Origin: a bacterium
GTDB taxonomy: Bacteria; JADJOY01
Assembly (NCBI GenBank): GCA_046331705.1
Contig: JAXLQJ010000038.1
Coordinates: 1-64,000, forward strand
Length of the DNA stretch: 64,000 nucleotides
Direction: 5' to 3'
In this document: one piece after another, positions 34,527 through 44,731 of the stretch
Position numbering within the stretch: the stretch's first letter is position 1
How the letters are laid out: each line of letters starts with the position of its first letter
Position numbers and translations under genes: made by a program
The notes under the pieces: model-generated
Databases searched by the model: none
What the model was told of the DNA's origin: nothing
What the model saw: only the letters and a program-made list of their open reading frames with translations

Positions 34527-35090
34527 TCAGCGGTAGACCAGGACGAGGATCGAGGTTTGTCCCGTGAGCTGGCGCGTCTGCGGATCCACGGAAAAATCCG
34601 AGACCACGACGCTGGCGCGACCCAGGGCCCGGGTGAGCACCTGTTGCGCCATCGGCTGCCGTTCGTTGGGTGGCGGCGCCGTGCCGAGCCGGAACACGCT
34701 CCGCCGTCCATGGCTTTGCGCGGGGATCGGTTGGCCGGCGAACGTGGTGGCGAGATCCTTGGGATGCGCCGCGACCGGGGACAGACGCAGACTCGCCTGG
34801 TAGAACCGCACGACGTCCTCGAAGCGGTCGGAGGTGACGAAGGTGTCGAAGCTCGCGAGCGTCGGGGTCGGAGCGGCCGCCGCGTCGTGCTCGGCAGGCG
34901 GCCGCGATCCCACGAGCCGCACCATGCCGGGATAGGTCGGGATGCCGAGCTTCGTGAGATCAAGACCGCTGCTCGTCACGCGGGCCACGTCCGATGTCCC
35001 GGCCGGCGCCTCGTTCGCGGGGCCGGCGGACGCCGTGACGGCAGCGAGCAGCAGTGCCGCGCCGCTGAGCGCGCGAGTGATCGAGCCCAT
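34527..35090 (-). CDS. hypothetical secreted protein
   Basis: Signal peptide MGSITRALSGAALLLAAVTASA; LGIPTYPG and FEDVVRFY motifs; start trimmed from the longer ORF. Confidence 0.55.
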   Translation of the reverse strand: MGSITRALSGAALLLAAVTASAGPANEAPAGTSDVARVTSSGLDLTKLGIPTYPGMVRLVGSRPPAEHDAAAAPTPTLASFDTFVTSDRFEDVVRFYQASLRLSPVAAHPKDLATTFAGQPIPAQSHGRRSVFRLGTAPPPNERQPMAQQVLTRALGRASVVVSDFSVDPQTRQLTGQTSILVLVYR

Positions 35091-35132
35091 GTGCCTGGCC
35101 GAGCCTATCACGCGCGCCGGGGGGCTCGGACC

Positions 35133-35663
35133 GTGACCGTCGAGGTGGTCGATGGGTGGGTGGTCGCGCTGGCCCTGATCGGTGCGGTCGCCGATTGGCG
35201 AACGCGCCGGATCCCCAACGCGGTGACCTTCCCGGCGATGGCGGTGGGCATGCTCCTGACCATCTCGGCGCACGGGTGGGCTGGCGTCGCGGAGGCGGGT
35301 GTAGGGATCGCAACGGCGCTCGGGCTGCTGGGCATCCCGTTCGCCCTCGGCTGGGCGGGCGCCGGGGACGTGAAATTCCTCATGGCGTTCGGGGCCTGTC
35401 TCGGGGCGCGCAACACGGTCGAAGCGTTCCTGTGGGCGACCGCCGCCGGTGGACTTCTGGCCGTAGCCGTGCTAGGGGTGACGGCACGCGGACGCCACCG
35501 CGCCCTAACATCCTGGATTCAATTTAAAAACCTGGTCTACACGCGCGACGTTTCCATGTTGAAGCCGACCACCCACAACGATACAATCGCCGTGCCGTAC
35601 GGGTTGGCGCTAGCGATCGGCGCCGTAACGGCGCGGCTTTGCAGAGGGATTCTTCTTGGTTGA
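35133..35663 (+). CDS. cpaA: A24 prepilin peptidase (CpaA/TadV)
   Basis: DWRTRRIPN, GAGDVKF, VPYGLALAIG; TM-rich; start estimated. Confidence 0.88.
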   Translation: MTVEVVDGWVVALALIGAVADWRTRRIPNAVTFPAMAVGMLLTISAHGWAGVAEAGVGIATALGLLGIPFALGWAGAGDVKFLMAFGACLGARNTVEAFLWATAAGGLLAVAVLGVTARGRHRALTSWIQFKNLVYTRDVSMLKPTTHNDTIAVPYGLALAIGAVTARLCRGILLG

Positions 35664-35711
35664 GGCCAACACGGACGCGCGGCTGGTGTGTGGCTCGGCG
35701 CCCACGGCTCC

Positions 35712-36122
35712 ATGATGCGATCGCCACACGGCGCCTCCGAGCGCGGACAAGCCACGATCGAACTCGCGATATTCCTTCCTTTTTTTCTTCTCTTGCTGTT
35801 AGGTGCGATCGAGCTCGGCAACGCGTGGCACGCGGCGAACCAAGTGGCGCAGGCGGCACACGAAGGCGTCGAGCACGTGCGTCGGACACACCAGCTCGAC
35901 TCCTCGCAAGTCAATGCGATCGTGACCTCGCTCGCCGGACCTCACGCGATCGCGTCGCTCACGTCTCGCGACGCGTCGTCGGTGGCGAACGGGCGCCTCG
36001 TGACGGTGGACGTCGAGCTCAGGTCACCGCTTCTGACGGGCCCATTCCTGAAGCTCTTCTCGCCGTTTCGCTCGGGCACCATCCGAATCCAACGCTCGGC
36101 GACCGCGCTGGTGCTGACGTGA
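35712..36122 (+). CDS. tadE: TadE-like pseudopilin
   Basis: RG|QATIELA prepilin site, hydrophobic helix, AAHEG. Confidence 0.82.
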   Translation: MMRSPHGASERGQATIELAIFLPFFLLLLLGAIELGNAWHAANQVAQAAHEGVEHVRRTHQLDSSQVNAIVTSLAGPHAIASLTSRDASSVANGRLVTVDVELRSPLLTGPFLKLFSPFRSGTIRIQRSATALVLT

Positions 36123-36589
36123 GGCGGCGAGGCGGGCGCCGGTTCGGGGCGGCGGTGCGGCGCTCGCGCCGCGCGGAATCCGGACAATCGACGCTCGAGT
36201 TCGCGCTGGTGCTTCCGTTCTTCCTGCTGCTCTTCCTGGCGATGATCGAGTTCGGCATCGCGTGGACGGCATCGTCGGCCGCCGCGGCGGCGGCCAAGGA
36301 AGGTGCCGAGTACGCGCGCCGCCAGGTTCCGTTCTCGCCGGCCGTCCTCACGCGTGCCAACGAGATCGCCGCGAGGTACCTGGAGCCCTTCACGCGAGCA
36401 GGCGGCTTCGCCGTGGCGAGCATTCGCAGCGGCGAGCTCGTGGGCGAGGACACGCTCACGGTCGAGGTGGACGTCCAGTACCCCTTGCTCACGGGCGCGT
36501 TTCTGCGCAGCATCCGCTTCGGGGCCGAGCCGGTGTTCGGCGACGGAACCATCACGATCCGGCGCGAGGCGCGGGTCTTGATCCTATGA
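36119..36589 (+). CDS. TadE/TadF-like pseudopilin
   Basis: SG|QSTLEFALVLP, AAKEGAEYA; GTGA overlap with the previous gene. Confidence 0.82.
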   Translation: MRRRGGRRFGAAVRRSRRAESGQSTLEFALVLPFFLLLFLAMIEFGIAWTASSAAAAAAKEGAEYARRQVPFSPAVLTRANEIAARYLEPFTRAGGFAVASIRSGELVGEDTLTVEVDVQYPLLTGAFLRSIRFGAEPVFGDGTITIRREARVLIL

Positions 36590-36739
36590 ACGGCGATTGG
36601 ATGCACATGAGCGAGATCGACCGCTGCGCCCCCGGCAGCGCCGCCGCGCGGCGCCCCGCGAACCCGACGCTGGGCGCGGCGAGCACGGCAGCGGCGGGCG
36701 GGTCGCATCGTTTCCCAGTCTCGTCGAGGGAGTGATCGA

Positions 36740-37639
36740 GTGGACTCCAAGCGTCCGGTCATCCTGCTGCTGGTCTTCGCTGCGGTTTCCGCGTTGTTGG
36801 CGGGGCTCGTCTACGAGCAGCTCGCCGGTGGCGCCAGCCGCGGCGATCGCGGTGACGTCGTCCAGGTGGTGGTGGCGAAGCAGGACTTGTTGCCCGGCAC
36901 GCGGATCACGCCGGAGCTCGCCTCCGCCGCGTTCGCGCGTCGCTCGTGGCCTCGTGAGCTGCTGCCGCCGGACGTGGTCCAGAGCGCGGATTCCGTGACG
37001 GGGCAGATCGTGCGCGCAGCGATCTTCGCCGGTGAGCCGCTCTATCGGTTCAAGCTCGCCGCCGCCGATTCGAGCGCGTCGCTGCCGGTCGCCGTGGCGG
37101 ATGGCATGCGCGCCTTCACGGTTCCCGTCGACGAGGTCACGGGTGTGGGCGGCTACGTGCTCTCGGGATCGTACGTCGACGTGATCGGCACGTTCCGCAA
37201 CGTCCACGAATCCATGTTCGGCCATTCGCGCGGCGAGACCTTCTCGAAGGTCATCCTGGAGCGCGTGAAGGTGCTTGCGTCGGGTCCGCAGATGGAGCAG
37301 AACGACCTGGGCAGCCGGTCGCGAGGCGAGGGCAACACTGGACGTGCCGCGATTCTCGCTCGTGACCACAACGCGCCGACGAGCGCGACGCTGCTCGTCT
37401 CGCCTTCTCAATCCGAGAGCCTCGCGCTGGCCGTCAAGGAAGGGTCGATCCACCTGGCGCTGCGCAACTATCAAGACGAAGGTTCCGGCCAGACGACGGG
37501 GATCACCAAGGAAGAGCTCCTCGGGCTCGCGTTGCCGGAGCCCGGTTTCGTGCCGCAGGGGCGCGAGCCCGCGCCGCAGCCGACCGGTCCAGCGGTCGAG
37601 GTCATCCGCGGCAGCGAGCGCAGCTCGGTGAGCTTCTGA
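36740..37639 (+). CDS. cpaB: Flp pilus assembly protein CpaB/RcpC
   Basis: SAF domain VVVAKQDLLPG, GMRAFTVPVDEVTGVGGYV..G..VDVI, VKVLA, LALRN. Confidence 0.92.
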   Translation: MDSKRPVILLLVFAAVSALLAGLVYEQLAGGASRGDRGDVVQVVVAKQDLLPGTRITPELASAAFARRSWPRELLPPDVVQSADSVTGQIVRAAIFAGEPLYRFKLAAADSSASLPVAVADGMRAFTVPVDEVTGVGGYVLSGSYVDVIGTFRNVHESMFGHSRGETFSKVILERVKVLASGPQMEQNDLGSRSRGEGNTGRAAILARDHNAPTSATLLVSPSQSESLALAVKEGSIHLALRNYQDEGSGQTTGITKEELLGLALPEPGFVPQGREPAPQPTGPAVEVIRGSERSSVSF

Positions 37640-37685
37640 GGATGGGCGCCCGCCAGCCCCGGCACGCGCCAGAGGACACGACAGG

Positions 37686-39950
37686 ATGAGCGGAATGCCA
37701 CGACGAGATCGGCGTACGGGAGTCCTGGGCGGGCGGCGTCTCGCCACGCGCCTCGCGGTGGCCCTCGTGTCGGGCGTCCTGGTCGCGGGCGTGCCTGCGC
37801 CCGAGACCGTACGCATTCCGGTCGGACAGAGCGTCTCGCTGCCGCTCGGATCGCCGGTTTCCAAGATCAGCGATGCCGACAGCTCGGTGGTCGGGTACTT
37901 CCTGAACAGCGCCGACCAGATCGAGATCGTGGGCCGGGGGACGGGAAGCTCGCCGCTGCGCGTGCGCTTGGCGGACGGCAGCTCGCGGTTGTTCCAGGTC
38001 GATGTCGTCCCGCCGGGCGCCGTCCCCGCCGAGCCCGAGCCCATCGTGGCTTCGGCGGCGACGGCCGCCGCGACGCCGGAAGCCGCGCCGCTCGCGGTTT
38101 CGGCCGCCGCTTCGCCCGCGGACGATGCTTCCGAGCTCGAGCTGGGCGTCGGCGAGACTCAGTCGTTCGACGTCACGGGCACGGCCACGCGGATCGACGT
38201 TGGCACCGCGGGAATCGTCGATGTCGAACGGAACCATCCCGGCGAGGTCACGCTGGTCGGCCGAGCGCCGGGGCGGACCGACATCACGCTGACCGGCAGC
38301 GGGGGCGTGACGTCGCGCTACTCGGTGCGCGTGGTCTCGCGAGGTGGAGCCGAGCCCAGTGACGTGCTCAGCGTCACCGAGGTGCCGCCCGTTTCGGCGG
38401 CGAGCGCCGAGGAAGCGTTGCCGGAGCCGCCCGCGGAGCGCGTCGCGGATCTGCCGCCGCCGCCTGCCCCCGCGTACCCACCGGAGTCGGAGATCGGTCC
38501 GCTGCCGGCGAACCTGAACGCGCCGCCGCCCGAGTTCGTGACGCCGGAGAAGATCGGCGAGCTCAAGAAGAGCATCGACGAGTTGCGCGGCCAGATCGCC
38601 GCGCGGCCGTCGGCTGCGGCCCCGCCGCCGCCGGCTTCATCGATTCAGCCCGCCCAGCTCAAACAAGCCGTGCGCGAGGTGCTCGCCGAATCGGCTCCAC
38701 CTCGCGAGCAGGTGTGGCGTCCCGCGCCGCGGGGCGCGGCTCCGACACCCGCGCCGGCCACGAGCCTCGACGTGCATCCCGAGGGCCGCGAGCCGCTCGC
38801 TCCACGAGCCGAGCCCGCCGCACGTCCGGCCGCCGAGACCCCACGCCCCGCGCCGCAGCCCAAGCCTCCCGAGCTGCGACCCATCGTGCGGCTCGCCGAG
38901 CTCAGCGATGGGTTGCTCTCGCTCGGTGTAGGTCGGTCGCGAGTCCTGGTGCTCGATTCCCCCGCCAAGCGCGTCGCCGTGGCGAATCCCGACGTCGGTG
39001 ACGTCGTGATGGCCACGCCGTCGCAGCTGGTGGTGAACGGAAAGTCGAACGGCACGACCGACCTCGTCATCTGGGACCAGAACGATCGCGGCACGCAGGT
39101 GAAGGTACGCGTCGAGGCGCAGGGCAGCACCGAGAAGCAGGTGTTGCTCAAGTGCAAGGTCGCCGAGGTGCAACGGCAGGCGATGCGCGAGCTCGGGATC
39201 GACGCCGCGGTGCTGCTCGACAGCAACGTCGTCAAGGGCGGCCTCGGGGTGGTCACGCGGGGCGGGGGCGTGTTGCCGGGCGTGGTTCCCGGCACTCCCA
39301 GCGGCGACGTGCTCGGTTCCAGCGGACAGCTCCCCGAGAACGCGGATCTCACGATCTTCCAGCCCGATCGCGGGATCTTCGCGTTCCTGAAGGCGCTCGA
39401 GAAGCGCGGCGTGGCGCGGATCCTGGCGGAGCCGAACCTGGTCGCGATCAACGGCCAGGAAGCGCATTTCCTCGCGGGCGGCGAGGTGCCGATCCCGATG
39501 GTCACCTCGGTGCAGACCGGCGAGCTGCCGCGGGTGACCGTCGACTACAAGGAATTCGGCGTGAAGCTCAACTTCCGGCCCACGATCCTGGACGACGAGA
39601 CCATCTCGCTGCACGTGATGCCGGAGGTGTCGAGCCTGGACTTCTCGAACGGCGTGGTGCTCTCGGACTTCAAGATCCCAGCGCTCGACACGCGCCGCGC
39701 CGAGACCACGATCCAGCTTCGCGACGGCCAGTCCATCGTCATCGCCGGGCTGATGATGACGCGCAAGGAGCAGGGCGAGTCCAAGGTGCCGTGGCTCGGC
39801 GACGTGCCGTTCTTCGGGAATCTGTTTCGCAACGACGATGGGCAGAACACGGAGACCGAGCTGGTGATCCTGCTGACGGCGCGCATCGTGCGGCCGCTGC
39901 CCGCGGGCTCGACGCCCACGCTCGCGTTCGATCGGGTCGAGACCCACTGA
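37686..39950 (+). CDS. cpaC: Tad secretin CpaC/RcpA with extended N-terminus
   Basis: QVLLKCKVAEV, LAEPNLVAINGQEAHFLAGGEVPIP, YKEFGVKL, KVPWLGDVPFFGNLFR, ETELVILLT. Confidence 0.9.
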   Translation: MSGMPRRDRRTGVLGGRRLATRLAVALVSGVLVAGVPAPETVRIPVGQSVSLPLGSPVSKISDADSSVVGYFLNSADQIEIVGRGTGSSPLRVRLADGSSRLFQVDVVPPGAVPAEPEPIVASAATAAATPEAAPLAVSAAASPADDASELELGVGETQSFDVTGTATRIDVGTAGIVDVERNHPGEVTLVGRAPGRTDITLTGSGGVTSRYSVRVVSRGGAEPSDVLSVTEVPPVSAASAEEALPEPPAERVADLPPPPAPAYPPESEIGPLPANLNAPPPEFVTPEKIGELKKSIDELRGQIAARPSAAAPPPPASSIQPAQLKQAVREVLAESAPPREQVWRPAPRGAAPTPAPATSLDVHPEGREPLAPRAEPAARPAAETPRPAPQPKPPELRPIVRLAELSDGLLSLGVGRSRVLVLDSPAKRVAVANPDVGDVVMATPSQLVVNGKSNGTTDLVIWDQNDRGTQVKVRVEAQGSTEKQVLLKCKVAEVQRQAMRELGIDAAVLLDSNVVKGGLGVVTRGGGVLPGVVPGTPSGDVLGSSGQLPENADLTIFQPDRGIFAFLKALEKRGVARILAEPNLVAINGQEAHFLAGGEVPIPMVTSVQTGELPRVTVDYKEFGVKLNFRPTILDDETISLHVMPEVSSLDFSNGVVLSDFKIPALDTRRAETTIQLRDGQSIVIAGLMMTRKEQGESKVPWLGDVPFFGNLFRNDDGQNTETELVILLTARIVRPLPAGSTPTLAFDRVETH

Positions 39951-39981
39951 CGTATCGCGACGTCAGGCGGTGGTTCGGCGC

Positions 39982-41454
39982 ATGCGCGCGCGATGGCATC
40001 GCGACGAATCCGGGCAGGCGATCGTGCTGTTCGCGATCGGCCTGCTGCTGATCGTCTCGGTGATCGCGGTGGTGCTCGACGTGGGGATCGTCGCCACCGC
40101 GCGTACCGAGCTCGAGGACGCGACCGCGCAGGCGGCGCTCGCCGGCGCGACGCGTTTCGCCGAGTGCCCCAAGCCCGCAGCGGCGCTCGTCAACGACGTT
40201 CGAGCGCGTGCGCGAGAGGTCGCGAGCGCCAACGCCGTCGCGGGAGCGGGGCTCACCTTGGCGCCGTTCTCGGACGTCGAGGTCGGTTTCACGCTGCCCA
40301 CCACGCAGGCGTACACCAAGTCGCCGCCAGGCGAGGAATACAAGGCCAACACGGTGCGGATCACCGGACGCCGCAACGACGCCGCGCCCGATGGCGCGGT
40401 GCCGCTCGTCATGGGTGGCGTGCTCGGCACCAGCGAGTCGGCGACCAGCACCCAGGCGTGGGCGATCGCCGACGGGCCGGGCTACATCAACACCGACCTG
40501 GCGCTGGCGCTCAACGAGTGCGGCGTGCTCGGCGCGTTCGGTCCGGGCGACGGGCCGGTCCCGTATCCGCTCACGGTCAACATCGACGACCCGAGCTTCG
40601 CGCTCGGCTCGTTCGGGGTACGTCCGTTCCACCCGGATGCGCGCACCTACGCCGTCTGTCCGCCGCCGGTCACCCCGGTCTTCCCCGATCTCATCGCGTC
40701 GCCGCCGTTCTCGGCGGACCAGGATTGCAGCGACGAGATCCTCTTCACCTCGGGCGCGATCGGCTTCAATCTGCTCTGCGATGGCAGCCCGGACCCGCCG
40801 TCGGTGTGCGCGCTGCTCGGCGATCTCTTCGGCGAGCCGTTCATGCAGGTGCACGACGATCTCCTGCTGCATAGCTCGTTTCTTCAGCCCGAGCTGGCGT
40901 TCGCGTTCAGCGGCGGCGATCTCTCGCAGCTCGTCGGCGAGTACGTCGTGCCGGTGTACTCGAGCCAGGAGATCCGCACGTTCGAGGACTTCGATCTCAC
41001 GTCGATCTTCGTCGACTCGATCCCGCTGCCGCCGCTCGAGCTGGTGAGCCCGGTGTTCGGCACCCTCGACGTGGGGTTGGTGGTGAACCTCGATTGGCCG
41101 AGCCTGCCGGTCTCGGTGCGCTACTCGCCGACGGTCGGCTTCGCCAAGTACCGAGTGACCAGCGCCACGCCGATCATGAAGACGATCGTGCTCACGGTGA
41201 GCCTCGATCTCGGGAGCTGCTCGGCGAATGGCGGGTTGTGCGACGGGCTCGACTGCTGCGCGCTCTTGGACTTGCTCTTGTTTCCGCTCGACCTCGAGGT
41301 CGAGTTGCCGGTGGTCACGGGGATCGACTTCGACGGCGAGATCCTGCGCGGCCAGACGGTCGACACCTGGCTGGTGGGCGGCGTGAACTTCGGGATCTCG
41401 GCCACCGCCGGCACGGGGCCGCGGCTCATCGATCCCTCGAACAACGGGAACTGA
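39982..41454 (+). CDS. tadG: TadG-like tip pseudopilin/adhesin
   Basis: SG|QAIVLFA, VVLDVG, ELEDATAQAALAGA N-terminus typical of TadG. Confidence 0.75.
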   Translation: MRARWHRDESGQAIVLFAIGLLLIVSVIAVVLDVGIVATARTELEDATAQAALAGATRFAECPKPAAALVNDVRARAREVASANAVAGAGLTLAPFSDVEVGFTLPTTQAYTKSPPGEEYKANTVRITGRRNDAAPDGAVPLVMGGVLGTSESATSTQAWAIADGPGYINTDLALALNECGVLGAFGPGDGPVPYPLTVNIDDPSFALGSFGVRPFHPDARTYAVCPPPVTPVFPDLIASPPFSADQDCSDEILFTSGAIGFNLLCDGSPDPPSVCALLGDLFGEPFMQVHDDLLLHSSFLQPELAFAFSGGDLSQLVGEYVVPVYSSQEIRTFEDFDLTSIFVDSIPLPPLELVSPVFGTLDVGLVVNLDWPSLPVSVRYSPTVGFAKYRVTSATPIMKTIVLTVSLDLGSCSANGGLCDGLDCCALLDLLLFPLDLEVELPVVTGIDFDGEILRGQTVDTWLVGGVNFGISATAGTGPRLIDPSNNGN

Positions 41455-41552
41455 ACGCCGCGTGGCTGTGGTGACTCGGAGGATGGTTCGCTAACATGCC
41501 GGCCGGGCACCGAGTCGCGAGGACGTACGCGGAAAGCCGAGGAACGTGAGTG

Positions 41553-42890
41553 ATGGGTCTTCGTGATCGAAGGGGCTCGCAGTCTCGCCAGGGCAACGAG
41601 GAACCGGCCGCTGGTGCCGGGCGGCTCGATGCGTTCAAGGCCGAGCTCCATCAGCGCGTCATCGACCGGCTCGACCTGACCGCATCCGGCGCGCTCGATC
41701 CCGACTCGCTGACGCGCCAGGTCCGCGGCGCGGTCGCGGCGCTGCTCGACGAGGGGCGCGTGGCGCTCACGCGCGAGGAGCGGGACGCGCTCACGGACGA
41801 GCTCGTCCACGAGACGGTCGGCTTCGGCCCGCTCGAGCGGCTGCTCGCCGATCCCGCGATCACCGACATCCTGGTCAACGGATGCGATCGTGTGTACGTC
41901 GAGCGCTTCGGCAAGCTCGAACGAAGCCCGGTCAAGTTCCGCGACGACGCGCACCTGAAGCTCATCATCGACCGGATCGTCGCCAAGGTCGGACGGCGCA
42001 TCGACGAGGCCTCGCCGATGGTGGACGCGCGGCTTCCCGATGGCTCGCGGGTGAACGCGATCATCCCACCGCTGGCGCTCGACGGTCCGTGCCTCTCGAT
42101 CCGCCGCTTCTTCGCCGAGCGCCTGACGATGGACGATTTGCTGTCGCTCGGCTCGGTGACGCTTCCCATCGCCACCTTGCTGCGCGCGGCGATCCGTGCG
42201 CGGCTCAACGTGCTGGTCAGCGGCGGAACCGGCGTCGGGAAGACAACGCTGCTCAACATCCTGTCGGGCTACATCCCGGCGAGCGAGCGCATCGTCACGA
42301 TCGAGGACTCCGCCGAGCTCAAGCTCCACCAGGACCACGTGGTACGGCTCGAGACGCGGCCGCTCAACGTCGAAGGTCGCGGCGAGGTGACGCAGCGCGA
42401 CTTGGTGCGCAACAGCCTGCGCATGCGGCCCGATCGCATCATCGTGGGCGAGGTCCGCGGCAACGAAGTCTTCGACATGCTGCAGGCGATGAACACGGGC
42501 CACGACGGCTCGATCGCGACCATCCACGCCAACTCGCCCCGCGACGCCCTGCACCGCCTCGAGATGATGATGCTGCTCTCGGGGATCTCGATGCCCGAGC
42601 GCAGCATCCGTGAGCAGATCGCATCCGCCATCCAGCTGCTGATCCACGCCGTGCGGTTCTCGGATGGCAGCAGGCGCATCACCCGCGTCTCCGAGATCGT
42701 CGGCATGGCGGGTGAGTCGATCGTCGTCGAGGACCTGTGGGTCTTCGAGCGACACGGCATCGACACGGACGGCAAGGTGCTGGGCCGGTTCCACACCACC
42801 GGCTATCGCCCGCGTTTCCTGCCGATGCTCGAGTCCTGCGGCGAGACGCTGCCCGACGCGATGTTCGAGCCCGATGCCCGGGGCCAGTGA
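41553..42890 (+). CDS. cpaF: Tad assembly ATPase CpaF/TadA
   Basis: [61 protein letters not shown]. Confidence 0.96.
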   Translation: MGLRDRRGSQSRQGNEEPAAGAGRLDAFKAELHQRVIDRLDLTASGALDPDSLTRQVRGAVAALLDEGRVALTREERDALTDELVHETVGFGPLERLLADPAITDILVNGCDRVYVERFGKLERSPVKFRDDAHLKLIIDRIVAKVGRRIDEASPMVDARLPDGSRVNAIIPPLALDGPCLSIRRFFAERLTMDDLLSLGSVTLPIATLLRAAIRARLNVLVSGGTGVGKTTLLNILSGYIPASERIVTIEDSAELKLHQDHVVRLETRPLNVEGRGEVTQRDLVRNSLRMRPDRIIVGEVRGNEVFDMLQAMNTGHDGSIATIHANSPRDALHRLEMMMLLSGISMPERSIREQIASAIQLLIHAVRFSDGSRRITRVSEIVGMAGESIVVEDLWVFERHGIDTDGKVLGRFHTTGYRPRFLPMLESCGETLPDAMFEPDARGQ

Positions 42891-42902
42891 GGCCGGCTGA
42901 CG

Positions 42903-43802
42903 ATGGAAGCGCTACCGTTCGCGATGCTGGTGGGGCTGGCGTTGTTCTTCATGCTGGCGTTCGGCGCCACGGTCGCGGGCGTGTTTCGTGGGCCAGCGCG
43001 CGCCGCGCTCGGCGCTCAGCCCCTCGCCGCTTCCGGCGCCGCCGGCGCGGCGACGACCGTTGCCACGGGCGCGAACCTGCGCACGCGAGCGCGGAGCGGC
43101 TGGTCGTTGCCGTCCCGCGGTGCGCTGATCGTCGGCGTGACCGGGCTCCTGACGCTGCTCGCGTTCGCCGTGCCGCCGCACCGGCCGATCCAGATCGTCG
43201 CGGGAGCGATCCTCGGGATGCTCGTCAGCTCCTCGCTGGCACGGGCGCTCGCCGAGCGGCGGCAGGCGGCGTTCACCGCGGTGCTTCCCGACGCGCTCGA
43301 TCTGCTCGCCAGCGCGATCCGCACCGGACAGCCGATCCGCGCCGGCCTCGACCTGGTCGCTCGCGAGATGCCCGATCCGCTCGGCGCGGAGTTCGCCATC
43401 GTGACGCGCGACATCGAGCTCGGCCTCGGCGAGGTCGACGCGCTCGAGGGTTTGGCCGAGCGGCTCGACTCGCTCGACGTGCAGATGCTGGTGACGTCGA
43501 TCGCGGTGCAGAAGGAGGTCGGCGGCAACCTGCCGGAGGTGCTGGGCATCCTCGGGCAGACCATCCGCGCGCGCTTCCGCATCCAGGGTCAGGTGCAGGC
43601 CTACACCGCGCAGGCGCGACTGTCGGCCAAGGTGCTGATCGCGTTGCCGGTGCTGTTCGCGACCATCCTCTACGTGATTCGCCCCACGTACCTGGCGGTG
43701 CTCGTCACCGACCCGGCCGGACACGCCTTGCTGGCCGTGGCGCTCGGGGGCTGGCTCATCGGCTGGGTCGTGATCCGCTGGATCCTGTCCGTGAACGTGT
43801 GA
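42903..43802 (+). CDS. tadB: TadB (T2SS F family)
   Basis: LPDALDLLASAIRTG, QKEVGGNLPEVL, TAQARLSA. Confidence 0.9.
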   Translation: MEALPFAMLVGLALFFMLAFGATVAGVFRGPARAALGAQPLAASGAAGAATTVATGANLRTRARSGWSLPSRGALIVGVTGLLTLLAFAVPPHRPIQIVAGAILGMLVSSSLARALAERRQAAFTAVLPDALDLLASAIRTGQPIRAGLDLVAREMPDPLGAEFAIVTRDIELGLGEVDALEGLAERLDSLDVQMLVTSIAVQKEVGGNLPEVLGILGQTIRARFRIQGQVQAYTAQARLSAKVLIALPVLFATILYVIRPTYLAVLVTDPAGHALLAVALGGWLIGWVVIRWILSVNV

Positions 43803-43818
43803 GCGACGAGGGAATGGC

Positions 43819-44724
43819 ATGAGCGACTCGGCCGCAGCCGCATCGGTGAGCATCCTCGCGGGCGCCGCGCTCTTCACGGGGCTGGTGGCGTTCCACACGC
43901 TCGCGCGGCGCGCGGGCGCTCGGCCCTCCGCGACCAACGGCGGCAACGGCGCCAACGGTGGCCACGAAGACTTCCTCACCAAGCTCGCGCGCTGGACGCC
44001 GCGCGCGCCGGCCTTGGCGCAGCGCTATCAACCCGTGCTGCAGCACGCCGGATACCAGCGGCCCGAGCACGTCGACGGCTTCTTCGGATTGATGGTGCTG
44101 GGTGGCTTCCTGGGGCTCGTGATCGCCGCCCTCGGGATTCCTGGCTCCGGGCTCGCGCCGTCGTTGCAGGCGGTGTGGATGCTCGCCGCGCCGGCGGCGG
44201 GTTGCGTGCTGCCGGTGTTCTGGCTGCGGGCGCGGGAGCGCGAGCGGCAAGCGGAGATCGCGCGCACGCTGCCGGATGCGCTCGATCTCATGAAGATCTG
44301 CCTCGACGCCGGCCTGGCGATGGAGCCGGCGATGACCCGCATCGGTGACGAGCTGAGCAAGCGGCGCTCGGTGCTGGGCCGCGAGCTCGTGCTCACGAGT
44401 CGCCAGATCCAGGCGGGGCGAAGCCGCGCGGAGGCCTTGCAGGCGCTCGCCACGCGCTGCGGCGTGCCCGAGCTCAGCAACGTGGTCATGCTGCTCAACC
44501 AGACCGAGCGGCTCGGCATGGGCATCGGAGACGTGTTGCGAACGGCGGCGGACACCAGTCGTACCCGGAGGCTGCAGCGCGCCGAGACCGAGGCTTCGCA
44601 GGCGTCGGTCAAGATGATCTTCCCGCTCGCGCTCTTCCTGTTGCCGGCGATGCTGCTCGTGGTCCTCGGACCCGCGTTCCTGCAGCTTCAGCGCGGACTC
44701 GCGCCTCTCATGGGCGGGCCGTGA
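43819..44724 (+). CDS. tadC: TadC (T2SS F family)
   Basis: LPDALDLMKICLDAG, GRSRAEAL, VKMIFPLALFLLPA...LGP. Confidence 0.9.
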   Translation: MSDSAAAASVSILAGAALFTGLVAFHTLARRAGARPSATNGGNGANGGHEDFLTKLARWTPRAPALAQRYQPVLQHAGYQRPEHVDGFFGLMVLGGFLGLVIAALGIPGSGLAPSLQAVWMLAAPAAGCVLPVFWLRARERERQAEIARTLPDALDLMKICLDAGLAMEPAMTRIGDELSKRRSVLGRELVLTSRQIQAGRSRAEALQALATRCGVPELSNVVMLLNQTERLGMGIGDVLRTAADTSRTRRLQRAETEASQASVKMIFPLALFLLPAMLLVVLGPAFLQLQRGLAPLMGGP

Positions 44725-44731
44725 GGCGGGT

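Noticed and set aside
35629..35643. CGGCGCGGCTTTGCA as a sigma54 promoter for tad
   Set aside because: GG to GC spacing is 9, not the required 10; the same applies to CGGCACGCTAGAGC at 45311
36586..36735. 49-aa ORF between tadE and cpaB as the missing Flp pilin
   Set aside because: Hydrophilic, with no prepilin site or TM helix
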